52,626 nt of DNA, taken from positions 1 to 52,626 of the forward strand of contig JAYYZJ010000007.1 of assembly GCA_036340075.1 (NCBI GenBank). The letters run 5' to 3'. The position numbers and the translations under genes were made by a program. Below, one piece after another: positions 38,719 to 49,609 of this stretch (within the stretch, counting starts at the first letter, position 1; every line of letters starts with the position of its first letter). The notes below the pieces were generated by a model, which saw only the letters and a program-made list of their open reading frames with translations, was not told where the DNA came from and did no database searches. This DNA is from Thermodesulfobacteriota bacterium (GTDB lineage: Bacteria; Desulfobacterota_D; UBA1144).

Positions 38719-39549
38719 ATGAATAGTTTTGTTAAGTCCCATGGGCTAGGTAATGATTATATAGTAATAGACAAGAAGAAAATCACTTTTAATCTCAATA
38801 TTGGCACTATTCAAAAAATTTGTAATAGAAATTATGGTATTGGGTCAGATGGATTACTGGTTTTAGTAGAATCAAAGAGAGCTGACTTTGGATTAAGGAT
38901 ATTCAATCCAGATGGTTCCGAAGCTGAAAAAAGCGGAAATGGCTTAAGAATTTTCTCTAAATTTTTATATGATTACAGATATACAAAAAAGACCTCCTTT
39001 ACTATCGAAACAAAGGGTGGCGTAGTGAAAAGTGAGCTAAAGAATACGAATCTCGTTCGAGTAGAAATGGGAAATGCTTCTTTTGAACCAAAAACAATTC
39101 CCTATAAAGCAAAAAAGATTTCTTCTACAGGAGAAAAGATAAAAATTCGAAATAAAAATTTTGTTTTCACACCAGTTACTGTAGGAAATCCTCACTGTGT
39201 AGTATTTAGAAATTCATTAAACGCTAAAGAACTAAAGGAGTTTGGTTCGATATTGGAAAATAATAAAAAGTTTCCTAATAAAACCAATGTGCAATTTGCA
39301 AAAGTTATTTCAAGAAATAGAGTAAAAATTGAAATATGGGAAAGAGGTGCGGGATACACTTTAGCATCAGGTAGTAGTTCATGCGCGGTTGTAGCTGTAG
39401 GTTACAAAATGGGGCTACTAAATAAAAGAGTAAAAGTTGAAATGCCTGGTGGTAATTTGATAATTGAGATTGATAAAAACTTTAATTTAATCATGGAAGG
39501 TCCTGTTGAAGAAGTTTGCACTGGAAAAATTACCTTCACAAAATCATGA
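38719..39549 (+). CDS. dapF: Diaminopimelate epimerase
   Basis: HGLGNDY, GIGSDG, NPDGSEAEKSGNG, GNPH, ERGAG.TLASGSS. Confidence 0.9.
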   Translation: MNSFVKSHGLGNDYIVIDKKKITFNLNIGTIQKICNRNYGIGSDGLLVLVESKRADFGLRIFNPDGSEAEKSGNGLRIFSKFLYDYRYTKKTSFTIETKGGVVKSELKNTNLVRVEMGNASFEPKTIPYKAKKISSTGEKIKIRNKNFVFTPVTVGNPHCVVFRNSLNAKELKEFGSILENNKKFPNKTNVQFAKVISRNRVKIEIWERGAGYTLASGSSSCAVVAVGYKMGLLNKRVKVEMPGGNLIIEIDKNFNLIMEGPVEEVCTGKITFTKS

Positions 39550-40778
39550 GACTAGCCTTAAAAGCAAAATGTATTATTTTCAATAAGCGTAATCCTATAT
39601 ACGACTCAGCGATAATTGTTAACAATGAAAAAATAGAGAAAATTCTGCCCAATAAAGAAGTAAATACAAAAACTTACAAAGTAATAAACTTGGAAAACTG
39701 TGTTTTATCTCCTGGTTTTATTAATGCTCATATACATCTTGAATTAGGTTGGATTAAAAAGGAGATATTGCCATCTAACTCTTTCACTGATTGGCTTAGT
39801 CAAATTATTGAAATAAAGAAAAGAGGATATAGAAAGAAAGAAGTAATCGCATCTACAAAAAATGCGTTAATCGAATCTATAAATTCTGGCGTGACGACAG
39901 TTGGAGAAATTAGTTCCTATGATGGTGCAGATTTAAATGAAATAGAAAAGAGTGCGATTAGGACAGTTTATTTTTTAGAAATTTCTAATTCAACCATATC
40001 AAGAATGAAGAGTGTATTTCTACAAGAACTTATAAAACGATCTCAAAAAAATGATATGTTTAATTTGAGGTTGTTTCCTCATTCGATTTATTCATTAGAC
40101 ACGAAACTTCTAAAAGAGATATTTGATATTTCTAAGGAGAAAAAAATCAAATTGGGAATCCATTTGAGTGAGAGTACCGATGAAGTTAGATTGATTTCGA
40201 ATAAAAAGAATAATTTTACTGATTTTATATTCCCAAATCTCCCTAAACCGACAAAAATAGAAAGCAAAAAAGATTCTCCTCTCCTTTATATTGAAAATTT
40301 AAATAAAAGGAATATTTTTAACACACTTGTCCACATGAACAATCTGAGCAATAGGGATTTAAAATTAATTAGTAGGAAGAATCTTCCTATAGTTCTGTGC
40401 CCTAGGAGTAATCTCTTTCTTAATCAAAAACTTCCGAATCTCAATTTCTTTTTAAAATATGAGAAAGTTGGTTTAGGTACAGATGGTTTATCTAGCAATT
40501 TTTCTATAAACTTTCTCGACGAGATAAAATTTTTATATTTAAATTCGAAAGAATTTATAAAGAAAGATTGTGAAAAAATAGTGCTACAAAAAGCTACCCT
40601 CGGTGGGGCTAAGGCTTTAGGAATAGATAAAACTGTTGGGAGCATTAAGATAAATAAAAAAGCTGATATTGTTGCATTTAAGATGAAAAATTCTAACCCT
40701 TATATGTCAATAATTGATTCCAATAAAAACGATCTTGTTATGAGCATGATAAATGGCAGTATAGTTAGGTTGAGATGA
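39546..40778 (+). CDS. Metal-dependent amidohydrolase, candidate aminodeoxyfutalosine deaminase
   Basis: PGFINAHIHLEL, PHSIYS, HLSES..E, CPRSN, GTDGLSSN; ATGA overlap with the dapF stop. Confidence 0.8.
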   Translation: MRLALKAKCIIFNKRNPIYDSAIIVNNEKIEKILPNKEVNTKTYKVINLENCVLSPGFINAHIHLELGWIKKEILPSNSFTDWLSQIIEIKKRGYRKKEVIASTKNALIESINSGVTTVGEISSYDGADLNEIEKSAIRTVYFLEISNSTISRMKSVFLQELIKRSQKNDMFNLRLFPHSIYSLDTKLLKEIFDISKEKKIKLGIHLSESTDEVRLISNKKNNFTDFIFPNLPKPTKIESKKDSPLLYIENLNKRNIFNTLVHMNNLSNRDLKLISRKNLPIVLCPRSNLFLNQKLPNLNFFLKYEKVGLGTDGLSSNFSINFLDEIKFLYLNSKEFIKKDCEKIVLQKATLGGAKALGIDKTVGSIKINKKADIVAFKMKNSNPYMSIIDSNKNDLVMSMINGSIVRLR

Positions 40779-41598
40779 GATCAATCTCAATCATTTGATT
40801 AATCAAACCTTTTTTTAATGAAGCTTCATACATATAATTAAGTGCATCCAAACCCCTATCCTTTAAATCCAGAGTATCGTTATTGACATACATTAAAACA
40901 AACTCTCGTGCTGTGTCCCTTGAAACACCTCTACTAAACTCCATTGCATAATCAAGGGCTTCATCAATATTTGATAAAGCATAAACAATGCTTTCCTTTA
41001 TCATCCTAGAAGTTTCAACTTGTATTTCCTTGTCTAAAGACCTATTAACAACATTTAGTCCTAACGGTATAGGTAAACCGCAATCATTATTCCAAAGTTT
41101 TGGAAGATCAAGTAAAAGGCTTAATCCTAAATCTTTAAAGGTAATTTGGCCCTCATGGATAATAAGACCTGCATCAACTTCTGAATTCATTACTGCGGGA
41201 ATAACATCATCAAAATTATATTCTATAAAAACTGCATCATCACAATACAACTGGAGCAGGAGAAAGGCAGAAGTTAACTTCCCAGGTATTGCAATCTTAA
41301 TATTTTTTGTGGATTTTATTTGTTTTTTTGAAACTACTATAGGTCCATACTTGTCTCCCATACTAGCACCACAATCCATAATTCTATAATTTTTATACAA
41401 ATGCAAATATGCGTGAGCAGACACTGCTGTAGTATCAAGTTCATTATTCATAGCCATCTTATTAAGACTTTGAATATCTTTTACCACATGAGCAAATTCA
41501 ACAATTGGGGAATTAATTATGCCTTTTGAAATAGCATAGAACATAAAAGCATCGTCGGCATCAGGACTATGACCAAGTGTGAGATTTTTTTTAGACAT
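40765..41598 (-). CDS. mqnD: 1,4-dihydroxy-6-naphthoate synthase
   Basis: GHSPDADDAFMFY, DI..LN, YGP, IIHEGQ, LPIPLG, YVN. Confidence 0.92.
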   Translation of the reverse strand: MSKKNLTLGHSPDADDAFMFYAISKGIINSPIVEFAHVVKDIQSLNKMAMNNELDTTAVSAHAYLHLYKNYRIMDCGASMGDKYGPIVVSKKQIKSTKNIKIAIPGKLTSAFLLLQLYCDDAVFIEYNFDDVIPAVMNSEVDAGLIIHEGQITFKDLGLSLLLDLPKLWNNDCGLPIPLGLNVVNRSLDKEIQVETSRMIKESIVYALSNIDEALDYAMEFSRGVSRDTAREFVLMYVNNDTLDLKDRGLDALNYMYEASLKKGLINQMIEIDLIST

Positions 41599-41601
41599 AT
41601 T

Positions 41602-42399
41602 CTAAATCTTTTTATTAAAACTATTTTTTTGCCAATTTGCAAATTTAGAAGAAAGATTGGCAAATAAATTTATTCCTTCTATGTGTTCTTTCTCTATCTT
41701 GTAATATATCTTTTCCTCAAGATATTGTTGAGCAAGTTTTTTATCTATATTGTATCCTGTTTTTATTAAAAAGTTATCTATAATCTTATTTGTGGATTTT
41801 GACCCATTCTCGTAAGAACTTTTTAGGCAATCAAGTTCAAATTTACTTGGTGACTCATATATATAATTATAAGTACCAAACGTGAAAGGTAATCCCGTTT
41901 CCTGATACCAAATTTCACCTAAATCATATGTTTTGATTCCAGACGGAGAGGACGAGAGCATCTCTAAGCTTAAATCGCCAATAACTATGTATCCCGTATT
42001 ATTTTTAATATCCATACCTAAAGTTGGCGAGCCTACACAATACTCTACCTTAGTTTTTAAAAAGGCTTCTTGAATAACTCTAAATAATATATTTGAGCTT
42101 TTAGATCTGCTATCCTGCACTATTGTATCAATCTCTTTAAGTTTAGATTTTGAAACCAATAAAACACTATCTACCTTCCCATACGAACTTATACAATAGT
42201 TTTCTAGAGATATTGTATTTGTAGTAGATAGATGATCAGCAATGGAGAGCAAAGATAAAAATACTTCTTTGTCAACTAATGGCTGCAATAATGAGGATGG
42301 GAAATAATTAGATGTTTGATAGTTATCTATATAGTTATTGTCAAACGAATAAGTTAGTGGTTGTGAGTTTAAAAAAGGTACCGTTCCAAGCTTCTTCAT
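41602..42399 (-). CDS. mqnA: Chorismate dehydratase
   Basis: FLNSQP, G.VDSV, IGD, DLGE.W...TGLPF.F; adjacent to mqnD. Confidence 0.85.
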   Translation of the reverse strand: MKKLGTVPFLNSQPLTYSFDNNYIDNYQTSNYFPSSLLQPLVDKEVFLSLLSIADHLSTTNTISLENYCISSYGKVDSVLLVSKSKLKEIDTIVQDSRSKSSNILFRVIQEAFLKTKVEYCVGSPTLGMDIKNNTGYIVIGDLSLEMLSSSPSGIKTYDLGEIWYQETGLPFTFGTYNYIYESPSKFELDCLKSSYENGSKSTNKIIDNFLIKTGYNIDKKLAQQYLEEKIYYKIEKEHIEGINLFANLSSKFANWQKNSFNKKI

Positions 42400-43440
42400 C
42401 TATAATTTAAAATCAACAAATGACCACTTCTTTGGTGTAAATATCATCTTATGTATTTCAAGTGCAAAATCATCAGTCATCCCTGCAATAAAATCTCTAC
42501 AATCATTTCTATGTGATTCGCTTTCAAATTTATACAATTCTCTTAGTTTCTTTTCATTAGAAAGAAAGAACTTGTATAAATCAATTAATATTTGTTTAGC
42601 CTTCTCAAAATTTATTATTATCTTTTCTTGGTGATATACATTCTGGAATAAAAAGTCTCTCATTTGCCCAAGATTTCTTTCTAGTCTACTAGAGATAATT
42701 ACAGACTTGTACGAGTTTTTTACTGTTTCATTTACAGTGTCAGAAACAACTTTCGATATTCTTTCGGAGTGAGTTGAGCCAAAGAATTTTATTAAATTTA
42801 CGGGTATATCATTTTTTTTAATTAAAGAAGACCTTAACGCATCATCTAAATCATGAGTGAAATATGCAAAAATGTCAGAATATCTAACAACTGCTCCTTC
42901 TAAAGTCATTATTTTAATTTTTTTATTAACTATCGGACCTTTTCCTTTAGAATGTTTTGATATTCCATCTTTCACTTCTTCAGTTAAATTCAACCCTTTT
43001 CCTTCGTTTTCTAGAATCTCAACTATTCTAAGACTGTGCATATAATGCTTAAATCCTCCTGGATGAATCTTATCTAAAGCTTGTTCTCCCGCATGCCCAA
43101 AAGGAGTATGTCCTAAATCATGGCCTAAAGAAATTGCCTCTGTTAAATCCTCATTCAATCCTAAAGACTTAGAAATTGTTCTTGCAATCTGAGCTACTTC
43201 TAATACATGAGTCAATCTTGTTCTAAAATGATCTCCATACGGTGCTAGAAAAACTTGGGTTTTATCTTTAAGTCTTCTAAAAGATTTTGAGTGAAGAATT
43301 CTATCTCTGTCTCTTTGATATTCAGTCCTAAAGGGACATTTTTTCTCTTTTTTTGCTCTACCTATTGAATTAGAGCTGAATGCTGCATGTTCAGATAGAA
43401 TGGTAAGTTCGTCTGCTTCTAATTTTTCTCTGATAATCAT
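42400..43440 (-). CDS. dgt: dGTP triphosphohydrolase-like HD protein
   Basis: RDRDRILHS..FRRL..KTQVF, RTRLTH, HDLGHTPFGHAGE, IAGMTD. Confidence 0.93.
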   Translation of the reverse strand: MIIREKLEADELTILSEHAAFSSNSIGRAKKEKKCPFRTEYQRDRDRILHSKSFRRLKDKTQVFLAPYGDHFRTRLTHVLEVAQIARTISKSLGLNEDLTEAISLGHDLGHTPFGHAGEQALDKIHPGGFKHYMHSLRIVEILENEGKGLNLTEEVKDGISKHSKGKGPIVNKKIKIMTLEGAVVRYSDIFAYFTHDLDDALRSSLIKKNDIPVNLIKFFGSTHSERISKVVSDTVNETVKNSYKSVIISSRLERNLGQMRDFLFQNVYHQEKIIINFEKAKQILIDLYKFFLSNEKKLRELYKFESESHRNDCRDFIAGMTDDFALEIHKMIFTPKKWSFVDFKL

Positions 43441-43441
43441 T

Positions 43442-44200
43442 TTATTTTCTTACTAATATACCTTGTTCTAATAAAAAATTTTTAACATCGTTAATCGTAT
43501 ATTCCTCAAAGTGAAATATAGATGCGCAGAGTGCTGCGTCAGCTTTACCCAAAGTAAATGCTTCTGCTATATGATTTAATGTACCTGCTCCACCTGAGGC
43601 AATAATAGGTATTGTCATTTTTGTACTTAACAAGTTAAGAATTCCAATATCATATCCCATCTTAGTTCCATCTCGATCCATGGAAGTCAATAATATTTCT
43701 CCTGCTCCATTTTTTTCCATTTTAGCAATCCACTCTATTGCATCAATCCCAGTTGGGTTTCTTCCGCCATGTGTGAAAACTTCCCAAAGTCCTTCTCCTT
43801 TCTTTTTAACATCAACTGCTACCACTATACATTGTGAACCAAATTTTTTAGCTGACTCTATTACTATATTTGGTTCATTCACGGCTGCTGTATTAATAGA
43901 AACCTTATCCGCTCCTGCTTTAAGTAATAGATTGATATCATCCGTATTCCTTATTCCTCCTCCTACTGTTAATGGGACAAAAACTTTATCAGCCGCTTTT
44001 TCGATAGTATCAATCATAATATTTCTATTTTCATTGGAGGCAGTTATATCAAGAAAAGTTATTTCATCCGCACCTTCATTGCTATATTTTTCTGCAACTT
44101 CGACAGGATCTCCAGCATCTATAAGATTTATAAAATTTACTCCTTTAACTACTCTACCTTTATCAATATCCAAACAAGGAATTATACGTTTAGCTAGCAT
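43442..44200 (-). CDS. hisF: Imidazole glycerol phosphate synthase, cyclase subunit
   Basis: [33 protein letters not shown]. Confidence 0.98.
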   Translation of the reverse strand: MLAKRIIPCLDIDKGRVVKGVNFINLIDAGDPVEVAEKYSNEGADEITFLDITASNENRNIMIDTIEKAADKVFVPLTVGGGIRNTDDINLLLKAGADKVSINTAAVNEPNIVIESAKKFGSQCIVVAVDVKKKGEGLWEVFTHGGRNPTGIDAIEWIAKMEKNGAGEILLTSMDRDGTKMGYDIGILNLLSTKMTIPIIASGGAGTLNHIAEAFTLGKADAALCASIFHFEEYTINDVKNFLLEQGILVRK

Positions 44201-44921
44201 TCTGAAATTTCCTTATAGAATCTTGTAGATTAATTTTGTTTTCATAAATTGACTTACCAAGAATAGCTCCGTAAATTCTTTTGTCATTCATTGAGTCAAT
44301 CTGCTGCAAATCTGAATTATCTTTGATTCCTCCTGAAATGATTACGGGTATATTTGAGATTTTAAGATATTTCTCAATTAGGTCTTTATTAAACCCTTCC
44401 AGAGTTCCATCTCTATCAACTGAAGTTAAAACAATCAAAGAAACTTTTAAATCATTAAGTTTTTTTAACACATCTTGTAAGTCGATATCAATTTTGTTGT
44501 TCCATCCTTTTATTGCTATTTTGTTATCTTTTATATCTAGCCCTACAGCAATGTTCGTTGGAAAGTTTTTACATGCTTCTTCAAAAAAAGCTTCATCAGT
44601 AAAAACAGATGTTCCCAAGATAACTCTTCTAGCGCCCAAAGAAAGATAGCTTTCGATTGTATCTAGATTCCTAATTCCTCCACCAATTTGAAAATCACAA
44701 GCTTTATCTTTAAGAATATCTTTAATTACTTCGAAGTTTACACTCTCTCCTTCTAGTGCTCCATCTAAATCTACCAGATGAATAAGAGATGCTCCTTCAG
44801 ATATCCATTTAACTGAAACATCCACGGGATTATTCGAGTAAATAGTTTCTTTTTCAAAGTCTCCCTTAAAAAGTCTTACACACTTTTTATTTCTAATATC
44901 TATTGCCGGTATAAGTAACAT
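44190..44921 (-). CDS. hisA: ProFAR isomerase
   Basis: [28 protein letters not shown]. Confidence 0.96.
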   Translation of the reverse strand: MLLIPAIDIRNKKCVRLFKGDFEKETIYSNNPVDVSVKWISEGASLIHLVDLDGALEGESVNFEVIKDILKDKACDFQIGGGIRNLDTIESYLSLGARRVILGTSVFTDEAFFEEACKNFPTNIAVGLDIKDNKIAIKGWNNKIDIDLQDVLKKLNDLKVSLIVLTSVDRDGTLEGFNKDLIEKYLKISNIPVIISGGIKDNSDLQQIDSMNDKRIYGAILGKSIYENKINLQDSIRKFQNAS

Positions 44922-44967
44922 ATAAATACATTTTACAAAAATTAATTAATAAATTAAATTTAATTTA

Positions 44968-45378
44968 ATGAAGTATTGGCTTACCAAGTCAGAACCTTAC
45001 AAATACTCATGGGAGAATATGCTTAAAGACAAGGTTACCTACTGGGATGGAGTAAGGAATTATCAAGCAAGAAATAATCTAAAAAGCATGAAAAAAGGCG
45101 ACAAAGTGTTCTTTTACCACAGCAATGAAGGAAAGGAAATTGTTGGTATTACTGAAGTAATCAAAGAGTATTATCAAGACCCAACTACAAAAGACGAAAG
45201 ATGGGTCGTAGTAGACTTAAAAGTTAAAAAAACACTTAAAAGGTCTATTTCCTTGTCTGAAATCAAGGAGGATCCAATATTATCCAAAATGCCTTTGATT
45301 AAGCAATCTAGATTATCTGTCATGGAAATTGAAAAAAAGCATTTTGATAGAATAATTAAGAAGTCGAATGAGAAATGA
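44968..45378 (+). CDS. EVE domain protein
   Basis: YWL.KSEP, WDGVRNYQARN, FFYHS, SRLSV. Confidence 0.95.
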   Translation: MKYWLTKSEPYKYSWENMLKDKVTYWDGVRNYQARNNLKSMKKGDKVFFYHSNEGKEIVGITEVIKEYYQDPTTKDERWVVVDLKVKKTLKRSISLSEIKEDPILSKMPLIKQSRLSVMEIEKKHFDRIIKKSNEK

Positions 45379-46324
45379 TGAAAAAACTTTAATTAAAGGC
45401 ATGTTAAGCGGCAATCGAGTTAGTCTGTCTAAACTTATTAGTCTAGTTGAAAGCGATGCGTCTGCAATTTCCAGAATAATCGAAACAACAAAGGGTGTTC
45501 CAAATAAAGTTTGTGCGATTGGTATTACTGGTCCTCCAGGTGCAGGAAAAAGCACTTTAACAAATCGAATTATAAAAATCTTTAGAGATAAAGGATTAAA
45601 AATTGGAATAATTGCGGTCGATCCGAGTAGTCCTTTTACTGGTGGTGCTGTTCTTGGAGACAGAATAAGAATGCAGGATCATGCGCTGGACAATCAAGTC
45701 TTTATAAGAAGTATAGGGAGTAGAGGTGATTTAGGAGGACTCTCTAATGCAGCAAGTGGAATAGTGAAACTTTTTGATATATTTGGTATGGATATAGTAA
45801 TTATTGAGACAGTTGGAGTAGGACAAACAGAATTAGATATTATCAAGATATCTGATTGTGTACTTGTTACGTTGGTACCAGAAGCAGGAGATGGAGTACA
45901 AGCAATGAAAGCTGGTTTAATGGAAATAGGCGATGTATTTGTAGTCAATAAATCTGATAGAGGTGGGGCTGAAAAGCTAGCAAGAGAGATTGATTATATG
46001 ATTTCATTAAAGCAATCATCCTCTGATTGGAAAACTAAAGTACTGACGGCGCAAGCTGAGAATAATATTGGTATGGAAGAAATTGTGAATGAAATTGAAT
46101 CATTTATAGAATTTGAAACTGCTAATGGAAATTTAACTAAAAAGAAAAATGAAAGACAGATTTCTGAAATTGATAACATATTGGATAGAAAAATTAAATC
46201 GGAACTAAAGAAAATTAAGAATGTAAAAGAAGTAAAAAAGTTAATGGATAGATTAAAGAAAGGAACTTTAGAACCAGAAGAAGTTGCTGAATTAATATTT
46301 GATCTACTTAAAAAAAATAATTGA
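45368..46324 (+). CDS. meaB: Methylmalonyl-CoA mutase-associated GTPase
   Basis: GITGPPGAGKST, DPSSPFTGGAVLGDRIRM, ETVGVGQ, KAGLME, NKSD. Confidence 0.95.
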   Translation: MRNDEKTLIKGMLSGNRVSLSKLISLVESDASAISRIIETTKGVPNKVCAIGITGPPGAGKSTLTNRIIKIFRDKGLKIGIIAVDPSSPFTGGAVLGDRIRMQDHALDNQVFIRSIGSRGDLGGLSNAASGIVKLFDIFGMDIVIIETVGVGQTELDIIKISDCVLVTLVPEAGDGVQAMKAGLMEIGDVFVVNKSDRGGAEKLAREIDYMISLKQSSSDWKTKVLTAQAENNIGMEEIVNEIESFIEFETANGNLTKKKNERQISEIDNILDRKIKSELKKIKNVKEVKKLMDRLKKGTLEPEEVAELIFDLLKKNN

Positions 46325-47730
46325 GAAAAATTCTTATTAGTGAAACTCTTGATGAAATACGAGTTGCTGTTGTTGACAATTCTAGATTAAGAAATTTTTT
46401 TATAGACAACAATAGAGAACAAATATCGATAAGAGGAAATATTTACAAGGCGAAAAGGAACCTTAATGCAAATGGGATAGAAGCATCTTTTGTAGATATA
46501 GGTCTTGGAAAATCCGCATTCTTATCTAAGAATAATCCATTAAAAGAAGAAGTGGGGGAGGAAGACTTTAAGGTACACGAAATATCACAGAATGATTTTA
46601 TAATGGTTCAGGGAATTAGCGACTATGACCCTAGAAAAGCTCCTAAAGTATCAGATTTTATAACTTTACCTTCAAAATTTTGTGTAGTACTAAGCAAGCC
46701 AGGGTTTCTTGGCATTTCGAAAAGAATTGATGATGAAAAAAAGCGAACCAGACTTAAATCTCTTAAAAAAATGACTAATAGAAATATTGGAATTATTTTG
46801 CGAACATCCTGCGGCAATCAGACTTTAAAAGAAATAAAGCAAGATATCTCTAAAACAAAAAAGAAGTGGAAAGAGATTATGAGCTTGTTCAAAACAAATT
46901 CCTCTGTTGGCTTGCTACATCAAGAAGATAATATTATTGATGGAATTTTTAGAGAATTTCTTAATAATGATACTAAGGAAATTGAATTCGATTCAAGAAA
47001 AATTTATTCCTATTTTAGGAAAAAATTAAATAAAAACAAATCCGAGATAAAATTAAAGATAACCAATAAGAAAGATGACATTTTTAGTAAAAATAGAATT
47101 GATAAAGAAATAGAAAAGATATTTCATAAGAAATTAAACTTAAAAAATGGATCTTTCTTGCTTATAGAAGAGAAAGAGGGGTTAACCGTAATTGATGTAA
47201 ATTCCGGAAGGAGTCTTAATAACAGAAAGGAGTCAAATTTTACTGTCAATATTGGTGCAGCAGAAGAAATAGCAAGACAGATTATTTTAAGAAATCTAAG
47301 TGGAATTATATTAATAGATTTTATTGATTTACATAAAAGTAAAGAAAAGAAAAAATTATTTAATGTCTTTAAAAATGCTATGAAACAAGACAAATCAAAA
47401 CATACTATTTTGCCAATATCAAAATTTGGAATAATTGAAATGACTAGACAAAAAATTGGCACTAGAACTACATCTCTTGTTAGCGAAAGTTGCGCTCATT
47501 GTTTTGGATCTGGGCTTGTAACAAGAAAAGAACTTGTATGTTATCAATTAATAAGGGAAATAGTTAGGACTAGCAAGCAAAAGAAAAATAAAATCAATAT
47601 TAATGTGAACTCAGACTATATTGATACTATGCATTCGATAATTGATATAAATAAGTCAAATAAAGACATCAAAGATTTGGAAATCAAAATCAAGCAAGAC
47701 GACTCTATAGAAAAATATAAAATAATTTGA
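46321..47730 (+). CDS. Rne/Rng-family ribonuclease (RNase G-sized)
   Basis: GNIYK, FVDIG, IDVNSG, QIILRNLSGIILIDFID, EMTRQ, CxxC zinc link. Confidence 0.92.
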   Translation: MRKILISETLDEIRVAVVDNSRLRNFFIDNNREQISIRGNIYKAKRNLNANGIEASFVDIGLGKSAFLSKNNPLKEEVGEEDFKVHEISQNDFIMVQGISDYDPRKAPKVSDFITLPSKFCVVLSKPGFLGISKRIDDEKKRTRLKSLKKMTNRNIGIILRTSCGNQTLKEIKQDISKTKKKWKEIMSLFKTNSSVGLLHQEDNIIDGIFREFLNNDTKEIEFDSRKIYSYFRKKLNKNKSEIKLKITNKKDDIFSKNRIDKEIEKIFHKKLNLKNGSFLLIEEKEGLTVIDVNSGRSLNNRKESNFTVNIGAAEEIARQIILRNLSGIILIDFIDLHKSKEKKKLFNVFKNAMKQDKSKHTILPISKFGIIEMTRQKIGTRTTSLVSESCAHCFGSGLVTRKELVCYQLIREIVRTSKQKKNKININVNSDYIDTMHSIIDINKSNKDIKDLEIKIKQDDSIEKYKII

Positions 47731-47763
47731 TGAATTCGTACTTATATATTAAATTTATATGCC

Positions 47764-48189
47764 ATGGATATTTTTAAAGTTGGCATAATGTTTCACATTG
47801 GAATTGCGGTTTACGATGCCGAAAAAACTGCTAGGCTTTATGTAGATACACTTGGCCTAAAAATTGAGCATGATGAAACCTCAGCTGACCAGGGGGTTAG
47901 AGCAATTATGCTTGTTCCTGAGAACGATTCTAGTTCAACAGCGATAGAACTTCTTGAGCCTGTAGTGGAAGATTCTTCAATTTCTAAATTTTTAGAAAAA
48001 AGAGGAGAAGGTATGCATCATGTTTGCTACCTTGTAGAAGACATCTCAAAAGGAATAGAGCACTTAAAATCTCAAGGAATTGAAATGATTGATCATGAGC
48101 CTAGAGAAGGTATCAACAAAACAATAGTAGCATTTGCTCATCCTAAAAGTATGAATGGTGTTTTGATCGAATTAGCGCAAAAGATTTAA
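47764..48189 (+). CDS. mce: Methylmalonyl-CoA epimerase (VOC family)
   Basis: HIGIAV, QGV, IELLEP, KFL.KRGEG.HH, F.HPK..NGVLIEL. Confidence 0.92.
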   Translation: MDIFKVGIMFHIGIAVYDAEKTARLYVDTLGLKIEHDETSADQGVRAIMLVPENDSSSTAIELLEPVVEDSSISKFLEKRGEGMHHVCYLVEDISKGIEHLKSQGIEMIDHEPREGINKTIVAFAHPKSMNGVLIELAQKI

Positions 48190-48371
48190 TTCTCTTCTTT
48201 CTTGTTCTCGCTATCATCTTCTTTCGAGTTCTCATCTTTCATGGCTTTTTTAAAACCTGATATTCCCTTACCCAAAGAAGAGCCTATGTCGCCCAACTTT
48301 TGCGGACCAAAAATAAGTAATACAATCAATAAGATTATAATAAGCTCTGTAAGACCTATGTTTCCAATCAT
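48186..48371 (-). CDS. tatA: Twin-arginine translocase TatA
   Basis: [20 protein letters not shown].....FKKA; SD GGAGG. Confidence 0.95.
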   Translation of the reverse strand: MIGNIGLTELIIILLIVLLIFGPQKLGDIGSSLGKGISGFKKAMKDENSKEDDSENKKEEN

Positions 48372-48389
48372 TTATGCCTCCAAAATTTA

Positions 48390-48418
48390 AAACTAACTCA
48401 ACCAAGATAGGGTGTCAA
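48390..48418 (-). promoter_or_regulatory. Sigma-70 promoter of tatA
   Basis: TTGACA-17-TAGTTT. Confidence 0.6.
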
Positions 48419-48460
48419 TTCTCATCTTTAATATATAATAGAATACAATATAATTAGATT

Positions 48461-49609
48461 GTGAAAGTCCTCATTTATACTCATGAATTCCCCCCATTTC
48501 AAGGTGGCATTGCTACATCAGCTAAAAAAATTGCTGATATTATTGCCTCTAAAAATGAGTTGGTAGTTTGCTGTCCTTCTTATTCTCTCAAGAAAAAAGA
48601 TGAATCTTCTTATAAAATAAGAAGAATAGATTTTCCTGGAGGCAAAAACTTTAAGAAAATTCCTCTATTCCAATATCTCATAGGTCTATCTAATCTAAAA
48701 GATACAATCAACAAGTTTAAACCGGATAAAATTATTTATCTTGGAGAAGAAGCGGAAATCGTTGGGGGGCTATACAACTCAAAAGAACCTAATCAAATTG
48801 TTAGAATTGCTGGTTCAGGGATAGAAACTATAATTAAAAGTCAAAATCCAATAAAGATAATTCCAAAATATTTATTAAAAAGATTATATAGAAATACAAA
48901 CACAATTGTTGCTGTTAGCAAAAATACTAAAAAACTAATGAAAAATTATGAAGATTTTTTCCAGAAAGAAAAAGTCAGACTTATCTATAATGGAATCGAA
49001 GAAGATTTTATTAATAAAAAAAAGACAAACAGCATTAGGAAAGATTTGGGTTTTGGAGAAAATGATTTTCTTCTTCTAACTGTAGGAAGATTATTACCAA
49101 GGAAAGGTCAAGATTTTGTAATAAAAGCTTTGTCTGAAATTGAAAATCCTAATATAAAATATATTTGTGTTGGTGAAGGAAGATACCTAAAATCCTATAA
49201 AGAACTAGTTGGTTCTCTCAATCTTCAAAACAGAGTTGTTTTTGTAGGAGGAGTTTCCAATAATAAGATTCATCAATATTATGATGCCGCTGACATATTC
49301 ATTCTATGTAATCGTACGTGGAATTCAAAGATAGAGGGTCTTCCGAATGTAGCCATAGAAAGTATGGCAAGGGGGGTGCCTGTAATTGGATCAATCGATA
49401 GTGGAACTGAGGAATTAATTTTAAATAACAAAACGGGTTTCTTAGTTGACCCATATGAAATAAGTGACATAAAAAATAAAATTAATCATGCATATAATAC
49501 AAGAAAAGACTTATACACAATGGGTGAATTAGCTAGAGGTTTTATAAAAGAAAATTTTAATTACAATAGAATGAAAGAAGAGTACTTAAGGTTGATAGAA
49601 AATGAATAA
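48461..49609 (+). CDS. GT4-family glycosyltransferase
   Basis: EFPP..GG, YNG, VGRL..RKG, EGLPNV..E.MA.G.P. Confidence 0.92.
   Translation: MKVLIYTHEFPPFQGGIATSAKKIADIIASKNELVVCCPSYSLKKKDESSYKIRRIDFPGGKNFKKIPLFQYLIGLSNLKDTINKFKPDKIIYLGEEAEIVGGLYNSKEPNQIVRIAGSGIETIIKSQNPIKIIPKYLLKRLYRNTNTIVAVSKNTKKLMKNYEDFFQKEKVRLIYNGIEEDFINKKKTNSIRKDLGFGENDFLLLTVGRLLPRKGQDFVIKALSEIENPNIKYICVGEGRYLKSYKELVGSLNLQNRVVFVGGVSNNKIHQYYDAADIFILCNRTWNSKIEGLPNVAIESMARGVPVIGSIDSGTEELILNNKTGFLVDPYEISDIKNKINHAYNTRKDLYTMGELARGFIKENFNYNRMKEEYLRLIENE

Noticed and set aside
43680..44228. 182-aa antisense ORF over hisF, and similar ORFs opposite ntrC, gyrA, ppdK, mqnD, hisA, rng, meaB, tatA and others
   Set aside because: They lie opposite well-conserved genes, are rich in Ser/Ile/Phe/Pro as expected of antisense frames, and have no recognisable motifs.
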